From: an uncultured Alphaproteobacteria bacterium
GTDB lineage: Bacteria > Pseudomonadota > Alphaproteobacteria > GCA-002720895
Direction of reading: 5' to 3'
Length of the DNA: 39,143 nucleotides
Assembly: GCA_964637965.1 (NCBI GenBank)
Contig: CAZWXP010000118.1
Span: 1 to 39,143 of the forward strand
Position 1 is the first letter of the stretch. Each line of letters opens with the position of its first letter. The notes beneath the pieces are model-generated. The model worked only from the letters and a program-made list of their open reading frames with translations. It was not told the DNA's origin and searched no databases. Positions 31,147 to 39,143 of the stretch are shown here, piece by piece. The translations under genes were made by a program, and so were the position numbers.

Positions 31147-33444
31147 ATGAATCCAAAATTTAGAATACTTTTATTTATAACTTTATTTTTTATTTTTTTT
31201 AATTACAGCCCATCTTTTGCAGCATCAGAAAAAAATATAAAAATCAATAACATAATTGTTAAAGACAATCAAAGAATTGATACAGAAACAGTAATATCCT
31301 ATTTAGGTATAAATACTGGCGATAAAGTTAATTATAAAATTTTGAATAGAAAATTAAAAAAAATGTACAGCTTAGGTTTATTTTCAGATATTAAATTTAG
31401 GGTCTCAAATAATAATTTAATAGTTATTATAAAAGAAAATCCGATGATCAATAATGTCAATTTTATTGGAAATAAAAAAATAAAAGAAGATGTAATAAGA
31501 AAGGAAATTAAACTAAAGTCTAGAAATGTTTATCAAAAAAAAGAATTACAAGATGCGTTAAGTATTATTCGTGACTTATATAAGAGATCTGGATATTTTT
31601 CAGCAAAAATAAAACCAAATATTTCAACTTTAACTCAAAATAGAATAGATATAACAATTAAAATAAATGAAGGAAACAAAACAAAAATTAAAGGTATAAA
31701 GTTTATTGGAAATAAAATTTTCTCAGATAAAAGACTTAAAGGCGTAGTTTCAACAAAAGAATCTAAAGTTTGGAGAATATTATCAGCTGGTGATATTTAC
31801 GATCCTGATAGAATAAATTATGATAAAGATTTATTAAGAAGATACTATTTACAAGAAGGATATGCTGATTTTAAAATAATTTCCGCAGTTGCTGAATTAA
31901 CTAAAGATAAAACAGGTTTTTTTATTACTTACAGTGTTAACGAAGGTGAAAAATACAAATTTGGTAAAGTAAAGATTGATAATAAAAATTTTAATGAAAT
32001 AGAAAATGAAGATGTAAAAAAATTAGCAAAAGATATAGAAGGAAAAAGTTATAATATTAATAAATTAGATGAAGTTATTAAAAGCATCAAAGCATATGGT
32101 GGTGATAAAGGTTTTGCTTTTCTTGTAGTAAGGCCAAATTTAAATCGAAATAAAGAAAAAAAGCTAATAGATGTTACTATATTAATAGATAAATCTCAGA
32201 AAATTTATGTAAAAAGGATAGATATTAAAGGTAATACAAGAACTGAGGATAGAGTTATAAGAAGAGAAATGCGATTTAGTGAAGGTGATGCTTTTAGTAA
32301 TGAAAAAATGCAAAGGTCTGAACAAAGGATTAAAAATTTAGGTTTCTTTGAAAATGTTGAATCTAATAATAAGCAAACAAAAGAGAAGGATCGAACTGAC
32401 ATTATATTAAAAGTAAAAGAAAAACCAACAGGACAATTTAATGTTGGTGGAGGTTTTTCAAGTACTAACGGAGCACTAGCTAATGTTGGAATAGCTGAGA
32501 AAAATTTTTTAGGAAAAGGTCAGGATTTAAGACTAAAACTAACCGTCGCTGAAAAAGCAACTCAGTTAGATTTTGGATATACGGAGCCTTATTTTTTAGA
32601 TAAAGATATAATTTTAGGATTAGATATTTTTAAAGTTAAAACAACATATGCAGATGAAAGCTCATATGATAATGACACGATAGGTGCTGGATTTAGATTA
32701 GGTTATATGGTCACTGATAAATCTAGACATGTTTGGAATTATTCCTTTAAAAATGAAGAAATTGAAGGTGTTAAAGCTGGTGCGTCTGAATTTATTGATA
32801 ATCAAAAAGGCACTTATTCAACTTCGTCTGTATCTCATAATTTATCTTATGTTGGTGTAGATGATAGATTTAATCCTACAAAAGGAACAAGATGGAGTTT
32901 TTCAAATCAATTAGCTGGGTTAGGTGGCAATATTAGTTTCCTTAAGACTGATATCAAACACAGTATGTATTATTCACCTATTGAAGACTACGTTGTATCC
33001 TTGCGTTTAAAAGGAGGTTATATTTTTGGCTATAATGATGATAAAGTAAAACTTAAAGATAGATACTTTTTAGGAGCTGATTCCTTCCCAGGTTTTGAAG
33101 TTTCAGGAATTGGACCAAGAGATACAACTTCTAAAAATAAAGATGCTTTAGGTGGTAATCTTATGTACACAGCTCAAACAGAGTTAAAATTTCCGATTCC
33201 TGGTGTTGCTCCGCAATTAGGTGTAAATGGAGTTTTGTTTGGTATTGCAGGTGCGGTTACAGAAATTGATGAAAATGGTGGAGAAAAAATAAAAGATGAT
33301 TCTAGCCCTAGAATTTCTGCTGGTTTTGGTATACAATGGAAATCTCCTTTTGGACCGGTGAGGTTTGATTTTGCTCATGCGGTTATGAAAGAAGATTATG
33401 ATAGAACACAATTTTTTAAATTTAGTTTTGGAGCAACTTTTTAA
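31147..33444 (+). CDS. bamA: Outer membrane protein assembly factor BamA
   Basis: 765 aa with a signal peptide (FFNYSPSFAAS), repeated POTRA-type modules (e.g. I..I.V.GN.R...), and a C-terminal Omp85 barrel ending in FKFSFGATF. Confidence 0.95.
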   Translation: MNPKFRILLFITLFFIFFNYSPSFAASEKNIKINNIIVKDNQRIDTETVISYLGINTGDKVNYKILNRKLKKMYSLGLFSDIKFRVSNNNLIVIIKENPMINNVNFIGNKKIKEDVIRKEIKLKSRNVYQKKELQDALSIIRDLYKRSGYFSAKIKPNISTLTQNRIDITIKINEGNKTKIKGIKFIGNKIFSDKRLKGVVSTKESKVWRILSAGDIYDPDRINYDKDLLRRYYLQEGYADFKIISAVAELTKDKTGFFITYSVNEGEKYKFGKVKIDNKNFNEIENEDVKKLAKDIEGKSYNINKLDEVIKSIKAYGGDKGFAFLVVRPNLNRNKEKKLIDVTILIDKSQKIYVKRIDIKGNTRTEDRVIRREMRFSEGDAFSNEKMQRSEQRIKNLGFFENVESNNKQTKEKDRTDIILKVKEKPTGQFNVGGGFSSTNGALANVGIAEKNFLGKGQDLRLKLTVAEKATQLDFGYTEPYFLDKDIILGLDIFKVKTTYADESSYDNDTIGAGFRLGYMVTDKSRHVWNYSFKNEEIEGVKAGASEFIDNQKGTYSTSSVSHNLSYVGVDDRFNPTKGTRWSFSNQLAGLGGNISFLKTDIKHSMYYSPIEDYVVSLRLKGGYIFGYNDDKVKLKDRYFLGADSFPGFEVSGIGPRDTTSKNKDALGGNLMYTAQTELKFPIPGVAPQLGVNGVLFGIAGAVTEIDENGGEKIKDDSSPRISAGFGIQWKSPFGPVRFDFAHAVMKEDYDRTQFFKFSFGATF

Positions 33445-33446
33445 CT

Positions 33447-33980
33447 ATGAAATACATTAAATATATATTAACCCTTCTACTTTTTATATTTTATTTAGGA
33501 CCTGTTTACGCACAATCTAAAATTGCTACTTTGGATGTCTTTAAATTGTTAAAAGATTCAAAGGCTGCAGTTAGTATAACTGAACAATTAAATACTGTTG
33601 CAAAAAAATATGATGAAGAAAGTCAAAAAAAGCAAAAAACTATTCAAACACAAGAAGAGGAATTATTAAGACAAAAATCCACACTGACTCCCGAAGCTTT
33701 TTCTGATAGAAAAAATACTTTTGAAAAAAAGGTTATAGAATTTAATAAAGAAAACCAATCAAAACGTAAATCTATTCAAGATGCGAGAAAAGAAGCTATT
33801 GGTAAAATTGAGGATGAAGTCGAGGTAATTTTAAAGAAAATTATTGAAGAAGAAAAAATTACTGCTGTTATAAAAAAAACAGCTATTGTTTTATCAGAAG
33901 ATTCACTTGATATCACCCAAAAAGTTATAGACCAATTAAATAACAAATTGAGTACAGTTAAAGTTAATGTAAAGCCTTAA
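33447..33980 (+). CDS. skp: OmpH/Skp-family periplasmic chaperone
   Basis: 177 aa with a signal peptide ending in VYAQ and a long charged coiled-coil-like body rich in K/E/Q. It occupies the conserved position between bamA and lpxD. Confidence 0.8.
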   Translation: MKYIKYILTLLLFIFYLGPVYAQSKIATLDVFKLLKDSKAAVSITEQLNTVAKKYDEESQKKQKTIQTQEEELLRQKSTLTPEAFSDRKNTFEKKVIEFNKENQSKRKSIQDARKEAIGKIEDEVEVILKKIIEEEKITAVIKKTAIVLSEDSLDITQKVIDQLNNKLSTVKVNVKP

Positions 33981-33988
33981 TTTTATTT

Positions 33989-35011
33989 ATGGCAGATTCG
34001 AGATTTTTCCCAAGAAGTAAAAAACTTACTTTGGAAGATATTTCAAAGTTAACAAAAATAACCTTACCTAAATCTGTAAACAAGAACAAAATTTTCTCAG
34101 ATATCTCGCCTTTAAATGATGCCACGCAAGATAATATAAGTTTTTTAGATAATAAGAATTATATTGACCAGTTTAAAAAATCAAGAGCAGGAGCATGTTT
34201 CTTTAAAAAAGATTTTCAGAAAATTGCTCCAAAAAATATGATTCCTCTTATCAGCACAAATCCTTATCATTCATTTGCAATTATTGCTAATGCTTTTTAT
34301 CCGATCAAAGATATTGATCCTGGCATACATCCTAAATCATACATTGATAGTAGTGCTAAATGCGATAAATCGGTTCAAGTATCTCCAGGAGCTGTAATTT
34401 ATAATGATGTAATCATAGGATCAAACTCTTTAATTGGATCTAATACTGTTATTTTACCAGGAGTACAAATCGGATCTAATACAATAATCGGACCAAATTG
34501 CACGATAGCTTATTCAATTATTGGATCAAATGTCAAAATCCATTTTGGTGTTAAAATCGGACAAGATGGTTTTGGTTTTGCACAAAATGATAATATAAAT
34601 TTTAAAATGCCTCAACTTGGGAGAGTTCTTATAAAAGATAATGTAGAAATTGGATCTAATTGTTGTATAGATCGTGGGACTGGGCCAGATACTATAATCG
34701 GAGAAGGAACAAAGCTAGATAATTTAGTTCAAATAGGACATAATGCTGTTTTAGGTAAAAATTGTATCATGGTTGCCCAATCAGGTGTGTCCGGAAGCAC
34801 AACTATTGGAAACAATGTAATTATTGGTGGAAAAGTCGGTATAGCAGGACATTTAAAAATAGGTAATAATGTAAAAATTGCAGCAAAATCAGGAGTAATG
34901 AAGAATATAAAAGATGGTGAAATAATAGCTGGTACTCCATCTGTAACTATTAATGATTGGCATAGACAAACAATTATTTTAAAAAAATTAATAAAAAAAA
35001 AAAATAAATGA
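33989..35011 (+). CDS. lpxD: UDP-3-O-acylglucosamine N-acyltransferase
   Basis: N-terminal uridine-binding domain followed by extended left-handed beta-helix hexapeptide repeats (IGSN..IG.N..I). Its length and position before fabZ-lpxA fit lpxD. Confidence 0.93.
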   Translation: MADSRFFPRSKKLTLEDISKLTKITLPKSVNKNKIFSDISPLNDATQDNISFLDNKNYIDQFKKSRAGACFFKKDFQKIAPKNMIPLISTNPYHSFAIIANAFYPIKDIDPGIHPKSYIDSSAKCDKSVQVSPGAVIYNDVIIGSNSLIGSNTVILPGVQIGSNTIIGPNCTIAYSIIGSNVKIHFGVKIGQDGFGFAQNDNINFKMPQLGRVLIKDNVEIGSNCCIDRGTGPDTIIGEGTKLDNLVQIGHNAVLGKNCIMVAQSGVSGSTTIGNNVIIGGKVGIAGHLKIGNNVKIAAKSGVMKNIKDGEIIAGTPSVTINDWHRQTIILKKLIKKKNK

Positions 35012-35451
35012 ACAAAAAAGAAATATCTTTAAATGAAATAAAAAAATTAATCCCACATCGTAAACCAATGCTTTTAATTGATAAGGTAAAAGTGATTAAA
35101 CCTTTTGAATCTGCAATAGGTATAAAAAAAACAAAAAAAAAAGATATTTATTTTAAAGGCCATTTTCCAAAAAGACCTATAATGCCAGGAGTATTTATAA
35201 TAGAAGCGTTAGCTCAAACAGCATCTGTTTTAGTTATGCATTCTTTAAAAATAACAGCTGAAAATAAATTGGTTTATTTTATGAGCTTAGAAAATGCCAA
35301 ATTTAGAAAACCTGTTTTTCCAAATTCAAAAATTTTTTTAAATGTAAAAAAGAAACAGCATAGAGGCGTTGTTTGGAAATTTTCTGGTGAAGCTGTTGTA
35401 AACAAGATTAGAGTTGCTGAAGCAGTTTATTCTGCAATGATTGTAAAGTAG
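35008..35451 (+). CDS. fabZ: 3-hydroxyacyl-[ACP] dehydratase FabZ
   Basis: Hot-dog fold signature LIPHRKPMLLID ... FKGHFPKRPIMPGVFIIEALAQT. It has an ATGA overlap with lpxD. Confidence 0.95.
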   Translation: MNKKEISLNEIKKLIPHRKPMLLIDKVKVIKPFESAIGIKKTKKKDIYFKGHFPKRPIMPGVFIIEALAQTASVLVMHSLKITAENKLVYFMSLENAKFRKPVFPNSKIFLNVKKKQHRGVVWKFSGEAVVNKIRVAEAVYSAMIVK

Positions 35452-35509
35452 CAATTTGTAACAATCAGTTAATTGATTTTTTGTTATCCTGTATCTATTT
35501 TTCAAATCA

Positions 35510-36316
35510 ATGAAAAATTCTATCCATAAATCAGCTATCATAGATAAAAAGACTAAGTTAGGAAAAAGTATTAAGATTGGTCCATATTCTATAATTGGAG
35601 CTAATGTTCAAATTAAAAACCATGTTAAGATTCATTCACATGTTAATATACAGGGCCATACTGTTATAGAAGAAGGAACTGAAATTTTTTCTTTTGCTTC
35701 TATTGGAACAATTCCACAGGATTTAAAGTACCATGGAGAAAAATCAAAGTTGATAATTGGAAAGAAAAATAAAATTCGTGAACATGTTACAATAAACCCA
35801 GGTACTAAAGGGGGAGGGATGGTAACAAAAATTGGTAACAACTGTCTCTTTATGGTTGGATCTCATGTAGCACATGACTGTATTTTAGGAAATAATGTTA
35901 TTATGGCAAATAACGCAACACTTGCTGGACATGTAAAAATTGATGACTTTGCAATAATTGGAGGCTTATCTGCAGTCCATCAATTTGTTAGGATAGGTAA
36001 ACACGCAATGGTTGGGGGTATGTCAGGTGTTGAAAATGATGTTATTCCATACGGTTCAGTTGTTGGTAATAGAGCATATTTATCCGGCTTAAATATTGTT
36101 GGATTAAAACGAAGAGGTTTCAATAGAAAACAAATACATGATTTAAGAACTGCTTTTAGACTTATATTTTCTATTGAAGGAACTGCTTTCGAAAGATTAA
36201 AAGATGCTACAAAAATTTATAAAAAAAATAGAGTTGTAATGGATATTGTTAAATTTATAAAAAACAAATCCTCTTCTAGAGCAATTTGCCAACCAAAACA
36301 AAAAAATAATGTTTAA
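35510..36316 (+). CDS. lpxA: Acyl-[ACP]--UDP-N-acetylglucosamine O-acyltransferase
   Basis: Starts with IHKSAIID, followed by hexapeptide repeats. Contains DLKYHGE, VAHDCILGNNV, NNATLAGHV and a helical C-terminal domain (GLNIVGLKRRGF). Confidence 0.94.
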   Translation: MKNSIHKSAIIDKKTKLGKSIKIGPYSIIGANVQIKNHVKIHSHVNIQGHTVIEEGTEIFSFASIGTIPQDLKYHGEKSKLIIGKKNKIREHVTINPGTKGGGMVTKIGNNCLFMVGSHVAHDCILGNNVIMANNATLAGHVKIDDFAIIGGLSAVHQFVRIGKHAMVGGMSGVENDVIPYGSVVGNRAYLSGLNIVGLKRRGFNRKQIHDLRTAFRLIFSIEGTAFERLKDATKIYKKNRVVMDIVKFIKNKSSSRAICQPKQKNNV

Positions 36317-37163
36317 TAAGATTGCTATTATTGCTGGTTCAGGAAAATTACCATTTCTAATAGCTAATCATTTAAAAAAGCTAAAGACTAAATTCATTGT
36401 TTTATCTATTAAAGGTTTTTCTGATATTGATTTGTATAAAAATTTTAAATCTTATTCTTTGAGAATGGGGGAGGGCGCAAAAGCAATTAAAATTCTAAGA
36501 GATAATAATATTAAAAAAATTATTTTTTTAGGAGCTCTTGACAGGCCTGATTTAATAAAATTAAAACCAGATTTATGGACTTTATTTAAGGTTTTTAAAT
36601 TTATTTTTTTTAAAAAAACTGACGATGTTATTTTACGTAATGTAGTTAATATTTTTGAAAGTGAAGGTTTTAAGGTCATTGGTCTTTCAGATATTACACA
36701 AAGTTTTTTTTTAAAAAGAGGTATATATGGGGCACGTAAAATACCTAAAAATGATCTTTATATAATAAATAGGTTATTAAAAAAGACTATACGATGGACT
36801 ACAAAGGATCTTGGACAGAGCGTTATAGCATCCAAAGAAAAAATTCTTTTAAAAGAGGATAGAAAAGGAACAAATACTTTAATTAACAAGTCATTAATAA
36901 AAAAATATAGAAAAATCAGTTATATATTTATTAAAATTAAAAAACTACATCAAGATAAACGCATAGATTTACCTACATTTGGTTTTGAAACATTAAGAAA
37001 ACTAGTTAAAACAAATATTAAGTATATAGTACTTAATGCAGATTCTACCATTATTATGGATAAAGAAAAAACACTCAAACATTTAAAAAGGAATAAAAAG
37101 ATCCTTTTAGCTGTTGATATGCGTCTTTCAAAGAATAAAAAAATTAAATTTATATATGAATAA
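36309..37163 (+). CDS. lpxI: UDP-2,3-diacylglucosamine pyrophosphatase LpxI (DUF1009 family)
   Basis: N-terminal IAIIAGSGKLPF. The 284-aa length and the position between lpxA and lpxB are characteristic of alphaproteobacteria that use LpxI instead of LpxH. Confidence 0.8.
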   Translation: MFNKIAIIAGSGKLPFLIANHLKKLKTKFIVLSIKGFSDIDLYKNFKSYSLRMGEGAKAIKILRDNNIKKIIFLGALDRPDLIKLKPDLWTLFKVFKFIFFKKTDDVILRNVVNIFESEGFKVIGLSDITQSFFLKRGIYGARKIPKNDLYIINRLLKKTIRWTTKDLGQSVIASKEKILLKEDRKGTNTLINKSLIKKYRKISYIFIKIKKLHQDKRIDLPTFGFETLRKLVKTNIKYIVLNADSTIIMDKEKTLKHLKRNKKILLAVDMRLSKNKKIKFIYE

Positions 37164-38319
37164 TAAAAAAAAAAATTTAAAGATATATTTAATTGCTACA
37201 GAAGCATCAGGAGATGTTATTGGTTCAAATTTAATTAAAACATTAAAAAAAATAAAAAAAAAAAGAATTAAATTTTACGGAATTGGTGGCCCAAAAATGA
37301 TTAATTCTGGATTAAACAAAAGTTTATTTCCAATAAAAGAGTTATCTATTTTTGGAATTTTTGAAGCAATTCCTAAAATATATCGAGCTTATTCCTTAAT
37401 TAAAATGACAGTGAAAAATTTAATAAAAATTCAACCTAATATTTTAATTACTATTGATAGCCCTGATTTTAATTTTAGAATTTTAAAAAGAATTTCAAAT
37501 AAAATACCTTTTACAAAAAAAATACATTATGTAGCACCGACAGTTTGGGCCTGGAGAAGTGGGAGGGCAAAACATTTATCAAATTATATTGATAAACTAC
37601 TTACAATCTTGCCTTTTGAGAACAAATATTTTACTAAATTTAATTTAAAAACACAGTTTGTTGGTCATCCTATTTATGAAATAAACAAAGATAAAAAAAT
37701 TAATAAAAAAAAATTATTCCTTAAATATAAAATAAGAAAAGGCAAAAAAATTATATCTTTTCTTCCTGGTAGTAGATTGTCAGAGTTAGAAAAAAGTATG
37801 CCAGTTTTTATAAAAACATTAAAATTAATGAAAAATTATTCGAGCCACAATGTGCATGTATTATTTTATATTTTACCTCATTTAAAAAAATACTTTAAAA
37901 AATATAAATTGGATGTTCCACACTCACTTGTCGATCAAATTGATAAATATGACGCATTTAAAATATCTCATGCTGCAATATCAACATCTGGAACTGTTGC
38001 ATTAGAATTAAGCTATTTCAAAATTCCTACAATTGTTATTTATAAACTGAATATTTTTTCTTATTTGATAGCAAAAATTTTCGTTAAAATAAAATACGCT
38101 AATGTGTTAAACATATTAGAAAATAAATATATTATTCCTGAATTTCTTCAATTTAAATGTCGTCCGGAATTAATAGTAAATGAAATATTTAAATTACTTA
38201 ATAAAAACTCTTATGCAAAAAAACAAGTTTATAAATCTCAAAAAAGTTTGCTTAAATTAAAATGTAATAACAGACTCCCAAGTTTTAACGCTGTTAATGA
38301 AATAATTAACGATTTTTAA
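37156..38319 (+). CDS. lpxB: Lipid-A-disaccharide synthase
   Basis: N-terminal [19 protein letters not shown], then [31 protein letters not shown] and PGSR. I place the start at ATG 37156 (MNNKKK...), an 8-nt overlap with lpxI. The ORF track's TTG at 37114 would add 14 non-homologous residues. Confidence 0.9.
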   Translation: MNNKKKNLKIYLIATEASGDVIGSNLIKTLKKIKKKRIKFYGIGGPKMINSGLNKSLFPIKELSIFGIFEAIPKIYRAYSLIKMTVKNLIKIQPNILITIDSPDFNFRILKRISNKIPFTKKIHYVAPTVWAWRSGRAKHLSNYIDKLLTILPFENKYFTKFNLKTQFVGHPIYEINKDKKINKKKLFLKYKIRKGKKIISFLPGSRLSELEKSMPVFIKTLKLMKNYSSHNVHVLFYILPHLKKYFKKYKLDVPHSLVDQIDKYDAFKISHAAISTSGTVALELSYFKIPTIVIYKLNIFSYLIAKIFVKIKYANVLNILENKYIIPEFLQFKCRPELIVNEIFKLLNKNSYAKKQVYKSQKSLLKLKCNNRLPSFNAVNEIINDF

Positions 38320-39143
38320 GCCCAGTTTTAATTAATGAAGAAATTGATTTAAGAATTGATTTTCTACTATCTCTTTTATCTAATTCTATATAATCTCTTT
38401 TTGCGTACCCAGAATATAATTGTCTAGGCCTTGATATTTTTCTTGTTGGCTCTTCAATCATTTCTTTCCAATGTGCAACCCATCCAACTGTTCTTGCAAC
38501 AGAAAATACCGCTGTATACATTGAAAGAGGAAAACCTAAAGCCCAAAGTAGGATACCAGAATAAAAATCTACATTAGGATATAACTTTTTCTTTTTAAAA
38601 TAACTGTCATTTAAAGCTGCATCTTCTAAATCAAGTGCTATAGCTAAATAAGGATTATTTTTTCTTCCTAATTCATTTAAAACATTATGGCAAGCATCTC
38701 TCATTACTGCAGCTCTTGGATCGTAATTTTTATAAACTCTATGTCCAAAACCCATTAATCTAAACGAATCCTTCGGATCTTTTGCACGTTTAATAAAATC
38801 TTTTATTTTTGTATTTCTTTTTATTTTCATTAACATATTCATCACTGCTTCGTTAGCACCCCCATGGGCAGGTCCCCATAGAGAAGCAATTCCAGCAGAA
38901 ATGCATGCAAAAGGGTTTGCTCCAGATGAACCAGCCAATCTTACAGTAGATGTTGAAGCATTTTGTTCATGGTCCGCGTGTAAAATTAATAATTGATTCA
39001 TTGCTTTTGTAATGACTGGATTAGAAACGTAATCTTCGCATGGCGTTGCAAAAGTCATTCTCATAAAATTTTCAGCATATGTTAGGTTATTACTTGGATA
39101 AATTACAGGTTGCCCTAATGAATATTTATAAGCCCAAGCAGCT
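38306..39143 (-). CDS. gltA: Citrate synthase, C-terminal ~279 codons; the N-terminus lies beyond the window end
   Basis: Contains [34 protein letters not shown] and [14 protein letters not shown]. The frame stays open upstream of the track's ATG (39064) to the window edge, reading ...[31 protein letters not shown], colinear with the E. coli GltA segment AYKYSIGQPFVYP as I recall it. Confidence 0.95.
   Translation of the reverse strand, partial: AAWAYKYSLGQPVIYPSNNLTYAENFMRMTFATPCEDYVSNPVITKAMNQLLILHADHEQNASTSTVRLAGSSGANPFACISAGIASLWGPAHGGANEAVMNMLMKIKRNTKIKDFIKRAKDPKDSFRLMGFGHRVYKNYDPRAAVMRDACHNVLNELGRKNNPYLAIALDLEDAALNDSYFKKKKLYPNVDFYSGILLWALGFPLSMYTAVFSVARTVGWVAHWKEMIEEPTRKISRPRQLYSGYAKRDYIELDKRDSRKSILKSISSLIKTGLKNR

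Noticed and set aside
35463-35482. A terminator-like element in the fabZ-lpxA spacer: AATCA (35463-35467) pairs with TGATT (35474-35478) around a 6-nt loop, followed by a T-run.
   Set aside because: It has only five base pairs, four of them A-T, so it would be very unstable. It also sits inside a functionally coupled lpxD-fabZ-lpxA cluster. I cannot support it as a terminator.
37114-37155. A TTG-initiated 14-codon N-terminal extension of lpxB suggested by the ORF track (MICVFQRIKKLNLY...).
   Set aside because: The extension lies entirely within the lpxI 3' coding region and has no LpxB homology. The ATG at 37156 gives the canonical N-terminus just before [11 protein letters not shown].
1-39143. 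A search for the hinted novel system: CRISPR repeats, IS/transposase or integrase genes, phage genes, toxin-antitoxin or restriction/defence genes, long direct or inverted repeats, compositional islands, and orphan multi-gene clusters.
   Set aside because: Every ORF over 100 aa on the coding strand matches a well-known housekeeping family along its full length. The spacers total only about 370 nt, and by eye I saw no compositional break or repeat array. There is no unassigned coding space in which such a system could sit.

Overview
This window is wall-to-wall conserved housekeeping genes from a very AT-rich, streamlined alphaproteobacterium (G+C judged by eye, not computed). The compaction and gene content fit SAR11/Pelagibacterales or something similar; that placement is inference. 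The window opens in the 3' part of tRNA-Asp(GUC). After it come 38 co-directional plus-strand genes. The first block is the 14-gene NADH:quinone oxidoreductase operon nuoA-N, followed by birA, coaX, RNase J, methylmalonyl-CoA epimerase, a DUF1467 membrane protein, proS, lolC/E, lolD and dnaE. The second block is the classic alphaproteobacterial cluster rpsB-tsf-pyrH-frr-uppS-cdsA-dxr-rseP-bamA-skp-lpxD-fabZ-lpxA-lpxI-lpxB. A convergent, partial citrate synthase gene (gltA) ends the window on the minus strand. Summing the gaps between ORF coordinates gives about 370 nt of non-coding DNA (about 1%), and 14 gene pairs overlap. I found no CRISPR array, mobile element, integrase, toxin/defence gene, long repeat or orphan gene cluster. 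I therefore do not think this window holds a novel system. The anomalies that deserve follow-up are two single in-frame TAA codons, one interrupting dnaE and one interrupting the RNase J gene. Both frames are otherwise fully preserved, and both stops can be explained by G:C->T:A changes. Lesser observations are an identical 18-nt poly-A/ATGA junction at two gene boundaries, a His->Asn change in a conserved NuoM motif, and a convergent lpxB/gltA coding overlap.
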